A stretch of 63,816 bases of DNA, counting the filler, from Lenisia limosa (taxonomy: Eukaryota; Protista; Breviatea): NCBI GenBank assembly GCA_001655205.1. It is 13 parts of 13 records of this genome, joined end to end, with 100 filler letters (N's around TTAATTAATTAA, not from the genome) between each part and the next. Parts side by side here need not be neighbours in the genome. Positions count along the whole stretch, not along the records: positions 58,735 to 61,136 come from LPNZ01003928.1; positions 61,237 to 62,439 come from LPNZ01000628.1; positions 62,540 to 63,816 come from LPNZ01001699.1; 10 more parts are not named here. One strand, 5' to 3'. Made by a program: the position numbers and the translations under genes. A model generated the notes under the pieces. The model did not search any database. It saw only the letters and a program-made list of their open reading frames with translations, and was not told the origin of the DNA. Of the stretch, positions 58,735 through 63,816 are shown piece by piece (the first letter of the stretch is position 1; each line of letters begins with the position of its first letter).

Positions 58735-60997
58735 GCTGACAGATTCCGATGATGAGTCGTCCCGGTCGAAACCTGTCAGAACCAGGGTGGGTGGGGGGTC
58801 TTTTTTGGGGAGAGAGTAGGGCTTCCCTACGGCGATAAATATTGATAATTTAACTGTCTTTTTTGGACCGTAGGGAAGCCCAAGGAGAGAGGTTAGACAT
58901 CGTGTTAGTCAAGGCATGAAACTCCATTTTCGTTACACTCGTGTGTTTCGCTTAAAACATAAGATTTTGCTTTTTTTTTATGTTTTGTGTGTGTTTTTCT
59001 TAGAGCTGCCATTTTCACCCCCCTCCCCGCAGCCACCGGCAGTACCGGAGCCGAAGCCCAGTCGGAAGCGTCGGAAGCGGAAGACGGAAGAGCCGTCTTC
59101 CGAGCCTGTTGCTTCCGAAAAACGCAAGAAACCAGAAGCTAAGAAGGCGGAAAAGAAGAAAAATCCCGAGCCGGCAGAAGCGAAGCCGACAGAAAAGCCG
59201 GCCGCCCAGAAAAAAGAAAAAGAAAAGCCCGCACCTGCAGCCAAGGCCAATGCGCCTAAACAGGCCAATAAACTCGCAGCTGCAACAGCAAAGTCCAAGA
59301 AGGAAGAGAAGAAACTGGCCAAGGCCGCCAGCAAGGCCCTGGCAAAGGCAAAAGAAGCCCGGGATGCTTCGGATGCGAAGACTCAGCCACCGAAGGAGCC
59401 GAAGGAACAGAAGGATGAAAAGGAGTCGAAGGAGGCTAAGGAACCGAAGGAAGTGAAGGAAGTGAAGGAAGTGAAGTCTCTTGTCCCCACTGCTACCAAG
59501 TGGGGGGTACTTTATGAAACCAGGCTTATCATTCAGATACACCCGAGGGTTGAAAAAAACAAAAGCAAATAGCATTATTGGGTTTTCATGACGTGTTTTG
59601 TATTGGGCGTAACTTTGATCGGAAAAAGGAATTGCTCGATAAAACCTCGAAAACTGTTTATATAATAATTTTATTATATGTATTAAGTCTTTCCTCATCA
59701 CCTGCACATCCCTTATATTGCTTCTCACTATATAGCGAGGCCGAAAGTAGTGATGATGACGAAAATAAAAGCCTAATGTGGGGGGGGGGGAGCAAGACCA
59801 TAATAGCTTCTTGGTTTAGCATATCGCAAGTGTCTCCCTCTGTTAATTGCAATCAAGCCTATTAGCTTGATATGTATACATAACATCTCAGGTTTGCCAA
59901 CGCAGGCATGTTCGCAGTCCTTTCGCAACAACCCCCGAAGCCCCAGGTATCTGCCCAGATACACCTTTTATTTCTCATCATGAATTATATATCCTTGACA
60001 TTCACAGGCACATTACATATTTGAAAAGGGACAGTCGTTTTTAACGGCAACTTTTCCATTCGGCTCTCTAAATGCATTTATAATTCTTTGAGTTGACCCT
60101 TATTTTAATGAAACACTCAAGTGTAGTACCAGCTTATCAGCTTATGTAACAGGAAAAGAAGCAAGACGGTAAGAAGACGCGCAAAAAGCAGGAAGTGGAA
60201 CCAAAGGTAGAGAAAACAGTCCCACAGGTACGGAGGGGAGACAACATTTACTCAATCCTATCCTCTCCTAGTAATGATATGATATGTACCGAGAAAATTG
60301 CTTCGTAATATATGTTGTTTCATGCAACGAATGACGGCGTTTCAGGTGTCTCGCAACTCGAAACCAGTCCAGGACCTCCCACCGGTTAGTTTCACTAGGG
60401 CTAACCTAGAGTACTATTGGGCCAATTGGGTATTGGGAGTCATGTGACATCCCTTGTCATCTACAGGAGGAACATTTCTCATGTTCTTCTCAAATATTTA
60501 GCTCACAGAGTTGATTTTTAGCTTTTTTCGCTTCATAAATTGTCCGATTCACCCCTCCAGAAGGAGAAGAAACCTCCCGTCCCGGCCGCCCAACCTACCC
60601 CGGTCATAGTGCAGCGCAAATTGCCGGCTCCCGTGGGCGGGTATATGGAGAGGGGGGGATGGTATATGTCTTTTCATTGAATAGCGTTATAACAAACAGT
60701 CAGACAATAGAGTTGATTTTGGGCTTTTTTGTTTCCATTTTCTAGTACCTTTACGCCAATATTCTTCATCGAAATTTCCTTCGTTTCACTCCTCCTCCCC
60801 CTACGCTGGAGAGCGATGGGATGCGGTGCTGCAGAAGCNNNNNNNNNNNNNNNNNNNNNNNNNNNNNNNNNNNNNNNNNNNNNNNNNNNNNNNNNNNNNN
60901 NNNNNNNNNNNNNNNNNNNNNNNNNNNNNNNNNNNNNNNNNNNNNNAAGGCCAAACCCGCACCGGCCGTACACGAATCTACCGAGACCAATGTGGAG
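58735..60997 (+). CDS. Lys/Glu/Ala/Pro-rich disordered protein (partial)
   Basis: Exon 59033-59499 PPAVPEPKPSRKRRKRK...KEVKEVKEVKS; FANAGMFAVLSQQPPKPQ/EKKQDGKKTRKKQEVEPK/VSRNSKPVQDLPP/KEKKPPVPAAQPTPVIVQRKLPAP. Confidence 0.65.
58817..58883. mobile_element. hAT-like MITE, subfamily A2, internally deleted (67 bp)
   Basis: Perfect 8-bp TSD GGAGAGAG (58809-58816, 58884-58891). Confidence 0.9.
60503..60556 (-). repeat. Family D fragment forming the 3' end of a plus-strand intron
   Basis: ACAGAGTTGATTTTTAGC...CATAAATTGTCCGATTCACCCCTCCAG|AAGGAGAAG. Confidence 0.8.
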
Positions 60998-62574
60998 GTG
61001 GAGGGGTATTGAAATGATAAAAAGCTGTGTGCACAGAGGTATAAAGGCAAATGATTGGGTGAATTACTATTCAATATATCCTACAACCTTGTTTTTTATT
61101 TACCATTGCATAATATAAATATTTTTATGATTATTTNNNNNNNNNNNNNNNNNNNNNNNNNNNNNNNNNNNNNNNNNNNNTTAATTAATTAANNNNNNNN
61201 NNNNNNNNNNNNNNNNNNNNNNNNNNNNNNNNNNNNTTCAGGCATGTCCACGGTTTCCAACACCCACCTATATATGTTTAGGTTACCATTTTGTATTTTA
61301 TAATATGATGTCTCAGTGTGTTTCGCTCTGCAATGAATGAGCCGCTGAAGCTCTCGACGTACGACAAAGTATGGCATTGTTGCCGTATGTGAGAATACTG
61401 TCTCCTGCTTGCATTGAACCCATGGTAGAGGCGGGCTGCATTTTCTGGCTGAAGTTGTCAGAATTATAAATGACAATAATGGAGTATCAGAGATAAGTTT
61501 CCTACAAACCTGACTGGCACTTCTTCTTGAGCAATCAAGGTCTTTTGCTGGTGGGTAGGCTTCTCGCATCATTCAGCTGCATCACACGAAGTAACTTCGA
61601 CTGAAGACATTTTGTATTGTTTTTGCTTCTACATTTCACCTTTGCCTCTCTTCGCGTTTTAAACAAGTCCTTTTTGTATGGTTATAGTAAGATTCTTGTC
61701 GGATTACCTGAAAGTTTTCTTGACCTCACCTCAATCCTCAACCCTTTTGCGTTTCCCTATTGCATTCTTTTCTACTTCTTCTTATGTTCACAGTTTAGGA
61801 TTTCACAATTGTTGCGGATGGAAAATAGGAGGAGTGGGTGTCAAGCTCGGAGGAAGAGAGCGAAAGTGAAGTTGACGACTTCGAAGACACAATCGACTTA
61901 TCTTTCCTTTGCTGTTAGCTGGGATGGTTACAACATTGTCTGATCAAGGTTCTTCGTGTTATATATTTTGCTGGTTGGTGTATGTGCATATGTATATCAA
62001 GTACCTCCAAAATGGTCAACATCTGATAGTTTATAGACCAAATACTTTGATGTGTCCGTTCTCCTCGATAGTCAACTCAAGAACTTACTTAACCGACTAC
62101 TTACTTCACCCAGCATGAATCTGGGTTTGTGTTTTTGTGGTTTCTATGCTGCATACATATAGCATGAGTAATATATAGGATATAGGTGGGGGGACATGAC
62201 CGTGTCCACTTTTTAAAAAATTCTGGCCCGCGGCCCGGGTTGCCTTTTTGTTGGATTTTTTTCTTTGAAAGACCCTTTTCACAAGTACAAGTTGAACACT
62301 AACCTCACTCGGACAAATTGCCTTTAAATAGCCATCAACCTGAACTACCAAAATAGAAAGTTTCAAAAAAAACAGGCTAAGCCACATCGAGAACAAGTAA
62401 GCTACTTTCTCGGATGTGACTGAAGAATAGCGGACCAAGNNNNNNNNNNNNNNNNNNNNNNNNNNNNNNNNNNNNNNNNNNNNTTAATTAATTAANNNNN
62501 NNNNNNNNNNNNNNNNNNNNNNNNNNNNNNNNNNNNNNNGATTTATCAGATTCATTCGAGCGGGGAGTCTATAC

Positions 62575-63480
62575 AATAAAACAAAAAATGATTTTGAAAA
62601 AAGAAGAAACAAAATAACAATGATAAAGAAGACGACAAACAACAAAAGATAATCCGTAGCAGGAGAAGAATAAGAAGAAGATGAAGGAGAAAGATGCGAA
62701 AAGGAAGACGATTATGGTGATGAAGAATAATAAAGAGAATGGGGAGGTGAAGAAGAATAATGACTTGAATAATAATAAAGAAGATGATGAGATGTGATGA
62801 AAAAGAAAAACAAGAAGCAGATACAGAGGACAAGTAGAGGAAGAAGAGAAAGACGCTTCCTCTTAGTATCATATTCGTAGAAGGAAGAACAAATTGAAGG
62901 TGGTACAATAAGTCGAAGAAGAAGACAATGATAATGATGATGATGTAGAAGTAGAAAGAAGAAGTAGAAGTAGAAAGAAGAAGAAGATGTTGATGACAAA
63001 TACAAAGAAAAGAAGAATGATGAAGATAATGAAGAAGAAGAAGAAGTGGAAGTAAGGAAGAAAAAGAAACAAGAGCAACAAAAGAAGAAGAGGAGGAAGA
63101 GGAGGAAGAGGAGGAAGAGGAGGAAGAGGAGGAAGAGGAGGAAGAGGAGGAGGAGGAGGAGGAGGAAGAGGAGGAGGAAGAAGTGGAAGAAGAAGGAACA
63201 AGAAGGAAGTAGACAGGAGAAGACGAAGAAAAGAAGTTAAAGAAGTACAAGATGATGATATGAAGTAATACAACAAGTACAATAAAAAGTACAAGAAGAA
63301 AGTACAAGATGAGATAAGTAATAAGATTGAAGAACTGGAACAAGCAGAGCAAGAAGAACAAGCAGGAAGAGAAAATGTAGAAAGAAGTAAAAGAGAGGTA
63401 TGTACTACAAAAGCAAGAAGAACACGACGACGCCGACAATGATTTGAAAGAACAAGAAGTCAAAGAAGATAAATAGCCAA
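62575..63480 (+). repeat. ~900-bp purine-rich low-complexity tract (GAA/GAG/AAG), with near-perfect (GAGGAAGAG)n core 63085-63180
   Basis: Almost pure R on the + strand; stops and frameshifts in all + frames. Confidence 0.9.
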
Positions 63481-63525
63481 GAAAACACAGTATGCCTAAA
63501 CAACTCAAGGAAAAACCAGGCAAAC

Positions 63526-63806
63526 CTTGATGCCCGCCTTTTCTCGAGCCTCCATTTCTCTTTCTTCCGCCTCCTGAATCTTTCGAACCTTCTCCTGCTC
63601 CTGCTCATACTCCAGCCTTTTAATTTCAGCAAGTCGGGCCGCCTCACGCTCCTCTTCCTCTCGACGGATCTGCGCCTTTTCGTTGCGTATACGCTCAACG
63701 CTCGCCGCTGTTGGCCGTTCGTACTGCGTTTCGTTGGTTTCAAGGTTACCGTAGTATATGGCGCCGTCAGCATCCGTCATTTCCGTCCAGCCCGGGGGCA
63801 GGGGTT
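63526..63806 (-). CDS. Exon encoding a WW domain plus charged helix (gene extends beyond the window)
   Basis: TTTAG|EPLPPGWTEMTDADGAIYYGNLETNETQYERPTAASVERIRNEKAQIRREEEEREAARLAE...AGIK|GTTTG. Confidence 0.8.
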
Positions 63807-63816
63807 CTAAACAAGT

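Noticed and set aside
615-58883. Palindromic repeats as a CRISPR array or REP-like system
   Set aside because: Copies are dispersed, ~100 bp long, TSD-flanked and intronic, with no regular spacers and no cas genes.
10635-60560. Family D as a classical introner
   Set aside because: Copies do not span whole introns, occur in both orientations relative to the transcript, and never supply both donor and acceptor.
3726-61572. Numerous ORF-track calls containing X runs or lying antisense to real exons
   Set aside because: They are read through N gaps or are shadow frames of low-complexity exons and repeats.
61238-62440. Possible coding exons (e.g. PENAARLYHGFNASRRQYSHIRQQ on the minus strand)
   Set aside because: Bounded by gaps, strand ambiguous, and no recognisable domain.
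6582-62539. Recurrent N-TTAATTAATTAA-N blocks (at about 6582, 14925, 16782, 21443, 28351, 37139, 49556, 51292, 55606, 58635, 61117, 62440)
   Set aside because: Identical 12-mer with stops in all six frames, centred in N padding: an assembly linker for gaps of unknown size, not a biological repeat.
62552-63523. 323-aa minus-strand ORF (poly-Ser/Phe/Leu)
   Set aside because: It stays open only because the pyrimidine-rich strand lacks stop codons; there is no splice or domain support.

Overview
Draft-assembly eukaryotic DNA, AT-rich and very intron-rich; probably a protist, possibly an amoebozoan (inference only). There are many N gaps, and about 12 N-TTAATTAATTAA-N scaffold linkers truncate several genes. 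I reconstructed about 19 spliced genes by hand from GT-AG boundaries and phase continuity. Recognisable ones are an ankyrin-repeat (gankyrin-like) protein, a WD40 fragment, a RhoGEF (DH domain), serine palmitoyltransferase subunit 2 (LCB2/SPTLC2), a large divergent kinesin, a single-domain prokaryote-type NAD+ synthetase, a WW-domain exon and an integrin-beta-like protein (signal peptide + PSI + betaI/vWA with an intact DxSxS MIDAS). Introns hold four short repeat families: (A) ~100-bp hAT-like MITEs with 8-bp TSDs (~35 copies, 3 subfamilies); (E) ~80-bp TA-flanked Tc1/mariner-like hairpins; (D) a ~150-bp TIR-less element whose G-run end sits next to splice sites in either orientation; (C) a ~145-bp TIR-less element sharing a core motif with D. 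No rRNA, tRNA, CRISPR array or autonomous transposase was seen. Best candidates for novelty: the integrin-beta-like gene, and the splice-site-anchored repeat D together with the G-run/C-run architecture of intron ends. All gene models are manual and have not been checked against any database.
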